NCBI RefSeq assembly: GCF_036365525.1
Contig: NC_090399.1
Coordinates: 58,188,430-58,252,429 of the forward strand
Direction: 5' to 3'
From: Heterodontus francisci
Taxonomy: Eukaryota
Length of the DNA stretch: 64,000 bases
Part shown: positions 11,376 to 24,694 of the stretch, one piece after another
Position numbering within the stretch: position 1 is the stretch's first letter
Layout: each line of letters starts with the position of its first letter
Made by a program: the position numbers and the translations under genes
Notes under the pieces: model-generated
The model's database searches: none
Seen by the model: only the letters and a program-made list of their open reading frames with translations
Told to the model about the DNA's origin: nothing

Positions 11376-14009
11376 AACACTTGTTCCACAAACTGTATCT
11401 GTGTGTTCACTCTGTCCAGTCCCAGACCCTGACACAAAGAACCAGGATCACTAAGAATCATTTGATCAGGGTTGACTTTGAAACCATCACCCTGACCATC
11501 CCTTCCCCCTGCCCCATGACCAGTACAATACTAGACAGGGAATTCCCAGAGCAGCCAGTAATTCTCACTGGCCTTCACCATCCTACCTGGATGAAAGTTC
11601 CATGTCTATCCAGAGCTCAGTTATTGCTTTCCCATTACCCTCCTTCCCTCTCTGCTGCCTCTCAGGGAAATCTTGCCTGTCCCTCCTGCTCTACTATTTA
11701 GAGTAGGCCAGTGGACTGGTTACACTATGAACAGTTTGAGACAGTTCCCTGTGTCTTTGGACAGACCAGCCTTTCATTCCACCTCCATCACGAGCAGCTT
11801 AGCCCCACTACCACAGTCTGCCGTTTGCCTGTATTTGCATTGACCGGACAGTGTTCTCACTTACCCTGCCAACCAAAGACTGGACAATTACTGGCTCCCT
11901 GAGGAACTGACTGTCCACTGGCTCCTGGCACTGCCCCTGAACGGAGGGAATGTAGGTATAATATTCCTTGAAGGAACAGAAAGCCACAGCCAAGAGCTCT
12001 CTCCAACCCAGCAGTAAATTAGGAATGGCCTTTGGAGACGTCCCTGTTAACTACTGGCCCAATCCCTCTGTGGCAGCAGTGTGGGATGGCAGATACCAAC
12101 CTGCTCCTGGTCTCTGACTCTCTCTCTCTCTCATGAAAAGGCCTCAGCAGATGCTGGTTGTGTTCCGACTCTGGCTCCCAATTCCAGGAAGCTTCCACAG
12201 GCTGAGCCGACAGGGAAGGTTGATAGGGAGTCCTGGGAGCAGGGATCAAGGCAGCTATAAACTGATGAATACAAGTCATTGGTTAAACCTTCGAGATGTG
12301 AACCCCTGCCACTTGGGGGAAGTGGCACTGAGACACATGTACCCTCCCTGGGAGAGGGTGCCCTCGCAATCTGGCTGTCCCTCAGCAGTTAGAGGGAGAG
12401 GTTGAAGGTGGCTCCACAGTGATGGTGGGGGAGACACTGATCTATAAAAAGTGAACAGAGACCTGCGACTGCCCTCACCAAGGTGGAAATCACCCACAAC
12501 ATCGACGATCCTCAGCATGGTTGAGTCCTCAGAGGGTGATGTCCCCAAATGAGCCAGTGCCAACTGGAGACCAATGTCCCAGGGCTGGGTTAGTGGCACC
12601 AGAGGGGATGGCAGATGCCTCGGGTGATGGACTCACCGACAGTAGCTGGTGCTGCCTGGGTGAACCAGCCTGACTCTGGCACCATAGACCCACAGAACAA
12701 TTACAGCACAGAAGGAGGCCATTCAGCCCATTGTGTCTGTGCACAGACACCTCAGAGGCGCTGGTGCCCAAAGAGGACCATTTGTCTTCATCCTGGGAGG
12801 TCTCAATAGAAGCTGTTAACAAGGCTTCACCTGATGGTGTGGACTGGGATATCAGGGACAGGTTGGTGAGTGGCCATAAGCATCCTGTCCCACTCTGAAC
12901 CATCAAGACAACAGGAGCCTCCCCATCCTGAGCCTGTCCTGTTCAGTCCCAAGGTGAACCCACAGCTGACATCAGTGGGAGATGACTGTATGGACTTGGC
13001 ACTAACCAGTTTCAGTGTCATTAACCCCAAGCAATGGTGAAGTGGAGCTGGAGCTGGAGCAGGTTTGCTGCTTGATGCTGATGTGGGGACAGGATGTCTG
13101 GATGTGGAGGTCCAGCACAAGGGGAGACGGGGTCAATTTATATATTTAACAATAGAAATCAATGTCAGAATCCCGAAGGTGGAAGTGGTAGGGATGACAG
13201 ACTCAGTGACCTTACTCTCCAAACTCTGACTCACACACTATAGACAGCCTCTGTGAGCTCTGCAATCTGACCAACCAGTCTCTTTCACTCCTTCAAATAT
13301 TGATCCAATTTCCCTTTAAAAGATGCAAAGCTCTTTCCATCACCCACTCCCTGTTTGTAGGGCATTCCATGTTCCAAACAACTCAGAAGGAATGTCTCCT
13401 ATCTTCTCTCCTCACTCAATGAGCATTTAAATTATTGCCCCCTCTTCAATGGCCCCTAAAACAGAGGAAATCGTATTTCCCGATTCACTTGATCAAAACC
13501 CTTCATCATTTGAAAATCCCTCAATGAAATCTCCTCTTGTCTCCTTTGTTCCAGTTGAAACAGTCTGAGCACAGATGGTTGGATGACATTGGAGGATCGG
13601 CCTGGAGATGAGGCACTGTAAGGGCACGGAATAAGCTTTCTCTTCTCGATTTTTAATTACAAGTATGCAGCAATAATACGTGTGTAAAAATAAATTACAG
13701 TATGCAAATGGTCATGCGAGGTGCAAAAGGATCTGTGTCAAATATAAAGCTAAACTGTTGATGCCTACAAAATGCAAAGCTCAGGACAGGTGCATCCTGT
13801 TATGAACTGATGAGAAATGAATGTGATATGATGTGAGAAGGGGGGTGGGGGAGGAGCTCTTTGAGCTGTTTCACAGTCGTCCTGGGAGCACATTTCTTTG
13901 TGGATATTAACTGTCCAGAAAATAGCTCAAACTGTATGGGAGCCAGATAAGACAAGTAACATTACCTGTAAGCACAGTACAATCCTCCTACAAACACCAA
14001 CTGCACTTT

Positions 14010-15487
14010 CCTGTACAAGTAGCAGATGGAATTTACTACAGAGCAATGTGAGATGTTGCATTTTGGCAGAAGAAATAGGAAGAAGCAATAGAGACTTAAC
14101 AACACAGTTTGAAGGAACAGAGGGACCAGGGTATTCATGTGCGTAGACCTTTGAAGGTGGCAGAACATGTTGAGAGAATAATTAGCAGAGCATGTGGGAA
14201 CTTGTACTGCATAAATAGATAAATAATTGAATAGAAATTATGCTTTACCATTTTGAAGCTCTGGTTAGGCCACAACTAAAGTATTGCATCCAGTTCTGAA
14301 CATCACACTTTAGGAAGGTTGTGAGAGTCTTTGAGAGGGTGCGGAGGAGATTTACCAGAATGGTTCCAGGGATGCAGGCTGGAATTGTACGTTGGGCTGG
14401 AGGCCCCACCCAATGGCCAAGAATTCGGGGGCGAGCCCGCCTCCATCCCACCTGGAAGCCATGCAGAGATTTTACGTGCCCCTGGCCGTTAATTGTCCTC
14501 GGGCAGGAGTTCAACCCCTCTGAGGCAGGAACTCCAACCTCCAGGAGCTGCCAATCAGCGGGCTGTCAGCTCTCAGTCCCAGCAGTGCCACCAGGAGCGG
14601 TGGCACGACTGGTACTGCACCCAGCGCGAGGTGCAGCATGGATGCTGGCCTTAGAATGAAGCTAAGTGTGCGGGGCCTCACCGGGGACAATCGGCCGGGC
14701 CCTGTCAAGGCAAGCGGAGTCAGTTGTGGGGGCGGAGGGGAGGAATGTGCTGCAGTGGTGGCTGCTAGGTTTTGCCGAGTGGCCTCTTAAGGTCTTGAGC
14801 TGCCCACATGCTGCTGGTAATGGACTAGCAGTGATGGGAGGAGGCCCTGAAGTGGCTGTTAATTGGCTACTTAAGGGCTTTAATTGGCCTGAGGCGGGTG
14901 GGCCGTTTCTTGCCGCCACCACCGCACGTGAAACTGCAGCGAGTGCTGGAAGGCGACGGGAACGGCACCCCCCCACCTCCCACTCAGTTTTACAACCTCC
15001 CTCCTCCACCTCCAGACCGCTCCTGCAGGGGGTGTAAAATTCCAGCTGCAGGATTTTAGTTACATGGTTAGGTTGGAGAAACTGGGGTTATTCTTCTTGG
15101 AGCAAAGGAAGTTGAGGGGAGATTTAACAGAGAGGTACACATTTATGTCAGATTTAGATAAGGTAGACAAAGAAAATCTGTTCCCATTGGCTGATGGTGC
15201 AAGGACGAGGGGACACAGATTTAAGGTTTTGGACAAAAGATGCAGGGGAAATATGAAGAAGAATTTTTATATGCAGCGAGTGGTAATGACCTGTAACTTA
15301 CTGCCTACGAGGGTGATGGAAGCAGGGCCGATCAATGATTTCAAAAGGAAATTGGATCGACACTTGAGAGAAAGAAACTTTCCGGCCTACGGGGGTAGGG
15401 CGAGGGAATGGGACTGACTCTGTATAGGGAGCTGGCATGGACACAATGGGCCAAATGGCTTCAATCTGTGTTGTAATGACTCTATGA
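14010..15487 (+). mobile_element. CR1 LINE 3' part, split by a MITE
   Basis: ERVRRRFTRMVPGM before the MITE; RLEKLGLFFLEQRKLRGDL..TRGH after it; 3' tail at ~15440-15487. Confidence 0.85.
14377..15047. mobile_element. Non-autonomous DNA transposon (PIF/Harbinger-like MITE)
   Basis: TIRs ggctggaattgtac / gtaaaattccagct; 3-bp duplication gca (14374-14376, 15048-15050); removing it restores the CR1 sequence. Confidence 0.75.
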
Positions 15488-15489
15488 CC

Positions 15490-16346
15490 TCCTGCAGGAC
15501 CCTGGATGCACCTTCAGCTCGATGTTATCAGTTCATTGCCAACTCCTCCAGTTAACCAGTAACATGTGCTACTTATATTAGACAAGTTGATCAAATGGAC
15601 AGAGGCTTTTCCTTACCATAATAATCGTGCTTTGGTTGAGGCTAAAATATCATTGATTGAGGTGATCTGCAGGTGGGGAGTGCACATACAGGTAGCTAGT
15701 GATCAAGGATCACATCTTACAGGAAACGTTTTTACTGAACGACAGAAATTGATGAGGATTAAATACAAATTGCCCATATGTCACCATCCTCAATGATCTG
15801 GAGTAGTGGAAAGAGAGAATAGGACTTCAAACAATGTTTAAAAAGTTCTGTGCAGATCACCCCTTTCAATGGGTGAGCATGTTACCAATGTATTTACTGG
15901 TGATGTGATCTAGACAGTGTCGTACTACATGAATTTACCCCTATCGGGTAATGACAGGATGTCTGATGTGTATGCCTGGACACCTACTGGTGCCCACAGC
16001 AGGTCCTTTGCTTTAAAGCAGTTGTACCACTGAGTGGTTGAACCAGATGATCCATTACATTGATCAGATGAATCAATTCGTAGCATGGAATTTGGGAGAA
16101 TCCAAGAATCAGGTCTAAAAGTACTTTGACAAATAGGATCATCCATTTGAGTATCAAATTGGAGACTCTGTAATGGTCCTAAATTATGGTAAAAAGGACC
16201 ATTTTGTTAGAACAAAAACGGCAGGACTATACCCTATCACTGATCAGGCCAGTCCTGCCATGTATATAGTTCAGTTTTTAAGTAAGAAATGTCTGAGTTA
16301 TATCAAATAGTATCACATCAATCAGCTCAAAACTGTCAAGGAATAA
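15490..16346 (+). pseudogene. Retroviral/Gypsy-type integrase pseudogene
   Basis: GPWMHLQLD, LDKLIKWTEAFP, RWG..SDQGSH, HHPQ*SGVVERENRT, and C-terminal YQIGDSVMV..GLYPITDQASPAMY..K*YHINQLK. Confidence 0.85.
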
Positions 16347-16454
16347 ATACTACACCTTGCCGGCAGGTGGAATGTGTTTCTTAGAGTATTAATTGTTCTA
16401 GGTCTGGTTACCTACCTTGAGAGGCTACCTACTACTACAGAGATCGTATGGAGA

Positions 16455-16778
16455 GTCATAGAGTCATATCCAGCACAGAAGGAGGCCATTCGGCCCATCA
16501 AGTCCATGCCAGTTCTCCACGGAGCTACCTAATGAGTCCTACTCCCCCACTCAATCTCCTGAAGATATATTTCCTTCAATTGGCCATCTAATTTCCTTTT
16601 GAAGTCATTGATTGCCTCCGATTCCACCACCCTTGTGGGCAGCGAGTTCGAGATCATTACCACCCGCTGTGTAACAAGTTCTTTCTCATATTCCCCCGCT
16701 TCTCTTGCCCAAAACCTTCAATCTGTGTCCCCTAGTCCTTGTACCATTAGTTAATCGGTACAGTTTGTCCTTGTCTAG
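16455..16778 (-). mobile_element. CR1 3' fragment
   Basis: TRTRGHRLKVLGKR and a CR1 tail. Confidence 0.8.
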
Positions 16779-17324
16779 AGTGAGACAGATAAAATGTGTC
16801 TGAATGTCACTATGCCACCAAGCTGTAATATAACTGATGTTTGTAGTCACTGTCATATAAACTAATGCTACCATGGAAAGGGGCACAGTAATGTTAGGCA
16901 ATAATAAATGGTGCAAAGTAGGGTATAATGTCAGTCAGCACCCATGGAGAGGGATTTGGTCTATGATTATAATTTGTGCTCAGAGAATTGTAATCATTGT
17001 ACTAATAATCATGATGTATGTTATTTGTGATGCTTAATGAAATGTTTGACAAAATATTCGAGTTTTAAATTGGCTGCATTAATTAAAAACTAATTGTCTA
17101 AATGTGAGGAGTTGGATAGGATTCCTTCTCTTCAAGGTGAAGAGTATACATGGGATAAACTTTCTCTTCTCCATTTTTAATAACAAGTATTTAACAAGAT
17201 GTGTAAGAATAAATTGCAGTATGCAAATTGTCACATAAGGTGTGAAAGGATATGTAAATATTAGCTAAACTGTTGATGCCTTGAAATGCTGAGCTAAGGA
17301 CAGATGCATCCTGTTGTGACCTAG

Positions 17325-18070
17325 TGTGAAAAAATAGAAAAGCAGATTATTTTTTAAAAGGTGTGAAACTTCCAAACATTGGTGTTCAGCAGTGCTTAGG
17401 TGTACTCATAGAAAGTTAACATGTAGGTACAGCAAGCAATTAGGAAGGCAAATGCAAGGGAATTGGAGTCCAGGAATAAGGAAATCTTGCCACAATTGCA
17501 CAGGGCTTTGGTGAGACCACATCTGGAATGCTTTGTGCAGTTCCAATCACTATACTGAAGGAAAGATCTATTTGCATTGGAGGCTGTACTTTAAAGGTTC
17601 ACTAGATTGGTTCCTAGGATGAGAGAATTGTCCTATGATAAGAGGCTGAGTAAATTGGGTTCATGTTCTCTGGAGTTTAGAAGAATGAGAGGTGATCTCA
17701 TTGAAACATACAGCATTCTGGAGGTGCTGGATAGGGTAGATACTGAGAGATTGTTTCCACTGATCAGGGAATCTAGAATCCGGGGGCACAGTGTCAGGAT
17801 ACAGGACCGATCATTTAGGAATGAGATGAGGAGAAATTACTTCACTCCAAGCGTTGTGAATCTTTGGAATTCTCTACCCCAGAGGGTTGTGGATGCTCCA
17901 TCGTTGAATATATTTAAGGCTGAGAGAGACAGGTCACTCAGGGAATCAAGGGATATGGGGAATGGGATGGAAAGTGGAATTGAGGCAGAAGATCAGCCAT
18001 GATCAAATTGAAAAGTGGAGCAGGCTTGACGAACCGTATGGTCTACTGCTGCTCCTATTTCTTATATTCT
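17325..18070 (+). mobile_element. CR1 3' fragment
   Basis: ORF 17607-18002 contains SLEFRRMRGDLIETY..RGH..VVNLWNSLPQ. Confidence 0.85.
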
Positions 18071-18284
18071 TTTAAATGTCACGTAATGTGGAAAAAGTTG
18101 TTATTCCTGATGTTGAATAAGATTATCATGGATTAATTTATTCATATTTGTTTTACTGACTCATTTGCAGATATGTTGTAAAAATAGGATTCTAAGCACA
18201 GAAGAAATAGGAGGAGTCGATGATAAGGCCCATCGAGCCTTCCCCACCATTCACTATGATCATGGCTCATCTTCTGTCTCAACG

Positions 18285-21200
18285 GATCAATAGTATAGTA
18301 GTAATGTTACTGGACAACTAATCCAGAAGCTCAGACTAATACTCCATAGGCATGAGTTCAAATCCCTCAATTAAAGCGGGTGCAGTTTAAATTCAATAAT
18401 TTCATAAATAAAATAAAATAAAAAGTATGTCTCAGAAATTGGAATCATCAAGTTACCAGATTGTCATAAAAACCCATCTGGTTCACTGCTGTCCTTACCT
18501 GGTCTGACCTACATGTGACTTCAGACTGACTGTAATTTGGTTGACTCTTAACTGCCCTCTGAAATGGCCTAGCAAGCCACTCAATTGTATCAAACCATGA
18601 CAGAAAAGTCAAAGAATAAAAATAGACAGACCACCCGGCATTGACCTAGACAGCGAAAAAAACAAAGGCTCCACCCTGCCCAGTCAACCCTGCAAAGCTC
18701 TCGTCGCTAACATCTGGGGACTTGTGCCGAAATTGGGAGAGCTGCGCCACAGACCAGTCAAACAAGAGCCTGACATAGTCATACTCACAGAATCATACCT
18801 TACAGCCAATGTCCTAGACTCCTCCATCACCATCCCTGGGTATGTCCTGTCCCACCGACAGGACAGAACCACCATTGGTGGCAGCACAGTGGTATACAGT
18901 TGGGAGGTAGTTGTCCTGGAAGTCCTCAACATCGACTCCAGACCCCATGATGTCTCATGTCATCAGGTCAAAAATAAACAAGGAAACCTCCTGCTGAATA
19001 CCACCGACAGCTCCCCCTCAGCTGTTGAATCACTCATCCATGATAAACATCACTTGGAAGAAGCACTGAGGGCAGCAAGGGTACAGAATGTACTCAGGGT
19101 AGGGGACTTCAATGTCCATCACCAACAGCAGTTTGGCAGCACCATTACTGACCAAGCTGCCCAAGTCCTGAAGGGCATATCTGCCAGACTGGGCCTGCAG
19201 CAGGTGATGAGAGAACCAACAAGAGGGAAAAACATACTTTACCTCACCAACTGCCCATGTCAGTCTTGGTAGGAGTGGCTACACATAGTTCTTGAGCAGA
19301 TGAAGTCCCATCTTCACACTGAGGAGACCCTCCATCATGTTGCATGGCACTATCACCATGATAAATGGGATAGATTCAAAACAGGTGTGGCAGCTCAAAG
19401 CTGGGAATCCATGAGACACTGTGGGCCATCAGCAGCAGCAGAATTATATTCAACCACAATCTGTAACCTCATGGCCTTTCATATCCTCCACTCTACCATT
19501 AGCATCAAGCCAGAGGACCTATCCTGGTCCTATGAGGAGTGCAGGAGAGCATGCCAGGAGCAGCACCAGGCATACCTAAAAATGAGGTGCCAACCTGGTG
19601 AAGCTACAACACAGGACTACATGTATGATAAGCAGAAGAAACAGCATGGGATAGAGAGAGCTAATCGATCCCACAACCAACGAATCAGATCCAGGCTCTG
19701 CAGTCCTGTCACATCCAGTCAGGAATGGTGGAGAACAATTAAACAACTAACAGGAGGAGGAGGCTTCACAAACAACCCCATCCTCAATGATGGGGGAGCC
19801 CAGGATGTCAGTGCAAAAGACAAGTTTGAAATATTTTCAACCATCTCCAGCCATATGTGTGGAGTGCATGATCCATCTTGGCCTCCTACTGAGGACCCCA
19901 GCATCATAGATGCCAGTCTGCAGCCAGTTTCACTCCACATGATATCAAGATAGGTAGATAAGGTGGCGAGGAAGGTATATGAGATACTTGCATTTATTAG
20001 CCAAGGCATAGAATATAAGAGCAGGGAGGTTATGATGGAGCTGTTTCAAATGCTAGTTAGGCCACAGCTGGAGTATTGTGTACAGTTCTGGTCGCCACAT
20101 TATAGGAAGGATGTGATTGCACTGCAGAGGGTGCAGAGGAAATTGCCTGGGCTGGAGCATTTCAGCTATGAAGAGAGACTGGATAGGCTAGGATTGTTTT
20201 CCTTAGAGCAGAGAAGGCTGACGGGAGATCTGACAGAGGAATACAAAATTATGAGGGGCATAGATTGGGTAGATAGGAAGAAACTTTTTCCCTTAGCAGA
20301 GGGGTCAATAACCAGGGGGCATAGATTTAAGGGGAGGAGGTTTAGAGGGGATTTGAGGAAAAAAAATTTCACCCAGCAGGTGGTTGGAATCTGGAACACA
20401 CTGCCTGAAGGGGTGGTAGAGGCAGGAACCCTCACAACATTTAAGAAGTATTTAGATGTGCACTTGAAATGCCATAGCATACAAGGCTACGGGCCAAGTG
20501 CTGGAAAATGGGATTAGAATAGATAGGCTTGATGGCCGGCGCAGACCACAGTGGGCCAAAGGGCCTGTTTCTGTGCTGTATAACTCTATGACTCTGAGAA
20601 ATAGCAGCGCACTGTGGATACAGCAAAGGCTATGGGCCCTGAAAACATCCAAGTTGTAGTACTGAAAATTCGTGCTCCAGAACTAGCTGCACCCCTCGCC
20701 AAGCAGTTCCAGTACAGCTACAACACTGGCATCTACTCGACAATGTGGAACATTGCCCAGGTGTGTCCTGTCCACATATAGCAGCCCAATTCAATCCAGA
20801 CAATTACCGCCCCATCAGTCTACTCTAATCATCAGCAAAGTGAGAGAAGGTGTTGTCGACAGCGCTGTCAAGCGGCACTTACTCAGCAGCAACCTGCTAA
20901 CCAATGCTCAGTTTGGGTTCCACCAGGGCACTCGGCTCCAGACCTCACTACAGCTTGGATCAAACTTGGACAAAAGAGATGAATTCAAGAAGTGAGGTGA
21001 GAGTGACTGCCCTTGACATCAAGGCAGCCTTTGACTGAGTATGACATCAAGGAGCACTCACAAAATTGGAAGTCAATGGGAATCGGGGGAAAACTCTCCA
21101 CTGGTTGGAATCATACCCAGCACAAAGGGAAGATGGTTGTGGTTAGGAGGCCAATCATCTCTCCCAAGGATATTGCATATTCACTGAGGATGGCACAGTG

Positions 21201-22060
21201 TTCAGTACCGTGTGCCACTCCTCAGATACTGAAGCAGTCCATGCCCACCTGTAGCAAGATCTGGACAACATTTAACCTTCAGGCTTATGCTGATAAGTGG
21301 TAAGTAATATTCATGCCACACAATGCCAGGCAATGACCATCTCCAACAAGAGAGAATCTAACCATCTCCCTTTGACATTCAACAACATTACCGTCACTGA
21401 AATACCACGTTCAACATTTGGAGGAAGGCAGTGGGGTTTACCATTGACCAGAAAATTAGCTTAAGCAGCTATATACTGTACCGACAAGAGCAGGTCAGCA
21501 TCTGGGAATTCTGATGTGAGTAATTCCCCAAATTCTGCTCAATATTTGGAAAGCTTAAGTCAGGTGTGTGATGAAATACTCTCCACTTGCCTGGATGAGT
21601 GCAGCTCCAACAACATTCAAGAAGCTCGACACCATCCAGGAAAAATCAACCTCTTGATCTGCACCCATCCACCACCAGTGCACAGTGTAGCAGTGTGTAC
21701 CATCTACAAGATCCATTGCAACAACTTACCAAGCCTCCTTCAACAGCATTCTCCAAATCCTCAACCTTTACCACCTACAAGGACAAGGACAGCAGACATA
21801 TGGGAACACCATCACCTGTAAATTCCCCTCCAAGTCACACATCATGCGACTTGAAAGTATATCACTGTTCTTTCACTGTCGCTGGGACAAAATCCTGGTT
21901 TCCCTCCCTAACAGCACTGTGGGTGTACCTACACCACACGGGCAGCAGCGGTTCAAGAAGGCAGCTCATTACTACCTTCTCATGGGCAATAAGGGATGGG
22001 AAATAAATGCTGTGGCCTTGCCAGTGACTGTCACACCTCATGAATGAATTTAAAAAAAAA
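18285..22060 (+). mobile_element. CR1/L2-group LINE ('family B'), decayed near-full-length copy with a tRNA-SINE-like 5' head
   Basis: A-box-like tagtatagtagt and B-box gagttcaaatccc (18354-18366); APE endonuclease from ~18700 (EPDIVILTESYL, GDFNVHH); RT remnants; 3' tail gggcaataagggatgg..gaatgaattt(A)n. Confidence 0.8.
19950..20597 (+). mobile_element. Young CR1 3' fragment nested in the family-B LINE
   Basis: ORF 19963-20517 contains LVRPQLEYCVQFWSPHYRKD..GIWNTLP; CR1 tail follows. Confidence 0.9.
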
Positions 22061-22138
22061 CAGATCCTTCAATGGCCTTCAACTGGAACTTTATAACTGG
22101 TGCTTACTGTACAATCTTAATGCAGTGTCTGTCTCTCT

Positions 22139-22342
22139 TGTTCTATTGCAGAAAACCAACTGATGAAGGATGATATGGGACCCAAACTTTACTCAGTCTT
22201 TACAGTGTGAAACATTACAAGCATATACCTCCTAACTTGACCACACAGTTTCAGTAAGTGTCACTTTATATGTGCTAAAATAAAACTCCAATTAATGCCC
22301 TTCACCTGCATATAAATAAACACAATTGATATACAATTAACA
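22139..22342 (-). repeat. 3' LTR of the copia element
   Basis: TG...CA ends; aligns with 31535-31745; adjacent PPT aaaagaaagaagggaatc (22343-22360, - strand). Confidence 0.85.
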
Positions 22343-23189
22343 GATTCCCTTCTTTCTTTTTAAATAAATCTTAAGAGTTAATATGCACAAATAACATTTC
22401 AAAAGAAAATCAGAAACAATTTCCATATTCAGTACAGAGCGTTATATTGCCAGATGCTCCTCCTCGAGGACATGGAGAGTCAAAGAGAGAGAGAGAGAGA
22501 TACAGCACCGAAACAGGCCCTTCGGCCCAAAGACCCCTAACAAGTTCTTTGTACAAGCATTTCTTTTTGTAAAACAATTCAGATTGTTGGTGACTTGCAG
22601 CTACCCATTTAATTTTAGAGATTTCATTTCTCTCCAACATTTGTTTTAAGCCAGTAAAGTCAATCCATATCCTTTTCTCACTCACATGTTTCATAGAGTG
22701 TACATTATCCCAAAAGGAACGATTATCTACATGGCATTCAATGGGTAGACTATCTCCCAGTATGTCCATTGTATAGAATCCTACTTAAAATGTTTGTCAA
22801 ATAGAATCCCACTGCCTCACAAAAGCCAGTGTTTCTGCACTAAAGTACTTTTAATAGGCCTGCTTTATTTTCTTAGCCTCCCTAACTAAAGGACAACATT
22901 TCCCATTTTCACCCATTAGAAATAACATGAAACCAGCTGCACTCTAATACCTATCAGGAAGATTAGCAGGTGAAGCCTCACTAAAAATAACTATTGCATG
23001 TTCTTTGGGTCACCTAAGTTGGGAACTTAAGTACACATTTCTCCAGATTTATTTTTTCAACATTTTATTTGCCCTTCAAACCTTTTTGACTTTATGGTGT
23101 TTCATCATAGAACTTAACACCAACATATCAAAACTAGAATCTGGTCTAGTCTGAGTGCACAACCAGTTCAAGTGACCGATCAAGCTTTG

Positions 23190-24694
23190 CATGGATGATG
23201 TTGCCGTCTTCTGCTCAGATCCGCTGTCAGTTCGCACACTGATGAGCATCTGTGACCACTTTGAACTGGCCTCTAGAGCCAAAGTAAATTGTGGCAAGAA
23301 AGAGGCCAAGTTCTTTGGGAATTGTGCCAATCGATCCTTTGTCTCCTTCACTGTCAGGTCAGACTGTCTGAAGGTGCTGGGGATATGGCTCGGAGGGACT
23401 GGGGCTGGGGACAAAAACCGGAAGGAGTGAGTAGCCATGGGGAAACAGAAACTGGTCATGTGGGAGTGGCACTCCCTCTATATTGTGGCTAAGAACCTGG
23501 TCATCAGGTGTGAGGCGCTCTCAGTGTTGCTGTACATGGCACAGGACGGCCCATATCCACTTCTGCGTCATGGCGGTCACCAGAGCTTTCTTCTACTTTA
23601 CCTGGAGATTGAAAATGGACCACGTCCGCAGGGACATGATGTTCAAACCTCTAGATAAAGGGGGGGAGGGGAAACGTACCCAACATCACCCCATCACCCT
23701 CATCCTGATGGCCACCTTTGTCTGTGGCTGCATCAAGCTGTGCGTAGACCTCGGGTATGCAGACACAAGCTGTCACTATGTGCTGTTGATCTGTCTGTCC
23801 TCAGTATTGTGAAGGATGGGTCTGGCTACGTTACCGTGGAACGCTCCATTCAGTTGGACTGTCCAGTACCACCTCTCCCTTGTGGAAATGTTTGTACTGA
23901 AAAACATCTTTGACCAGAAGTCCATCAGGCATTGGTCCGCACAGAACGTCCTCAAGGCCCTGCGGGAAAAGGAGATGGTGGATCCTGTCGGATGGTTCCC
24001 CGAGCAGACTGTCAGAGTCATTTGGCAGAATGCCTCATTGCCAGAACATTCAAACAAGCACCAAGACATAGCTTGGCTGGCGGTGACAAGGGCCCTCCCC
24101 ATCAGATCCTTCCTGCATAGCCAGAGTCTCACCGCCTCTGCACACTGCCCTCGAGGTGGCTGTGGTGGGGGAGAGACTGTCACCCACCTCCTTCTGGAAT
24201 GTGCATTTGCAAGGCAGGTCTGCAAAGAGATGCAGTGGATTTTGTCGAGGTTCATCCCGAGCAGCTCCATAATGCAGGACTCTGTGCTCTATAGGCTGTT
24301 ACCAGGGACGCACACTGAGATAATCATCAACCAGATGAAAGACTCACTTTGATCTGCCCAAAACATGCTGGTCTTCCAGTGCAAAGAGTTGTCCACAACC
24401 AAGTGTTGCAGACTGGCACATTCCAAGGTATAGAACTACATGTTGAGGGATGCATTAAAGCTTGGGGCAGCAAAGGCTCAATGGGGAAAGACCACTATGT
24501 AAGGTCCTACTGTCAAAGTGTAACAAGGGTGGAACCCATGTAAAACCCCTCGGGCTGTATGGCAAGAGTTGTGAGGCACCTCCTGGACCGCATTGAAAGA
24601 AACTGAACTTTATTGCACTTGATGAAATATACAATTTGAATTTTGCAGTATACTTTTAAAAATTTTATAAATAAAGCATATCTTTGGGAAAAAA
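23190..24694 (+). mobile_element. Tx1-clade LINE, 5'-truncated, nested in the copia RT
   Basis: MDDVAVF RT motif, LKVLGIW, C-terminal CPRGGCGGGETVTHLLLEC zinc finger, AATAAA and A tail; imperfect TSD atc(a)agctttg (23179-23189 / 24695-24704). Confidence 0.85.

Larger units (their letters stand above)
10044..11395 (+). other. Probable non-coding terminal (3'UTR) exon of the MHC class I gene
   Basis: Acceptor catctttcatttgccag ending 10043; AATAAA at 11370-11375 followed by a GT/T-rich tract; upstream donor at 8171 lies just after the stop codon. Confidence 0.55.
13575..17326 (+). mobile_element. Old LTR retroelement/endogenous retrovirus-like relic (LTR-like repeats, integrase, env-like remnants)
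   Basis: Diverged direct repeats at ~13628-13815 and ~17152-17326; integrase remnant 15490-16346; hydrophobic segments at 16365-16450 and 16906-17037; interrupted by CR1s and a MITE. Confidence 0.6.
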
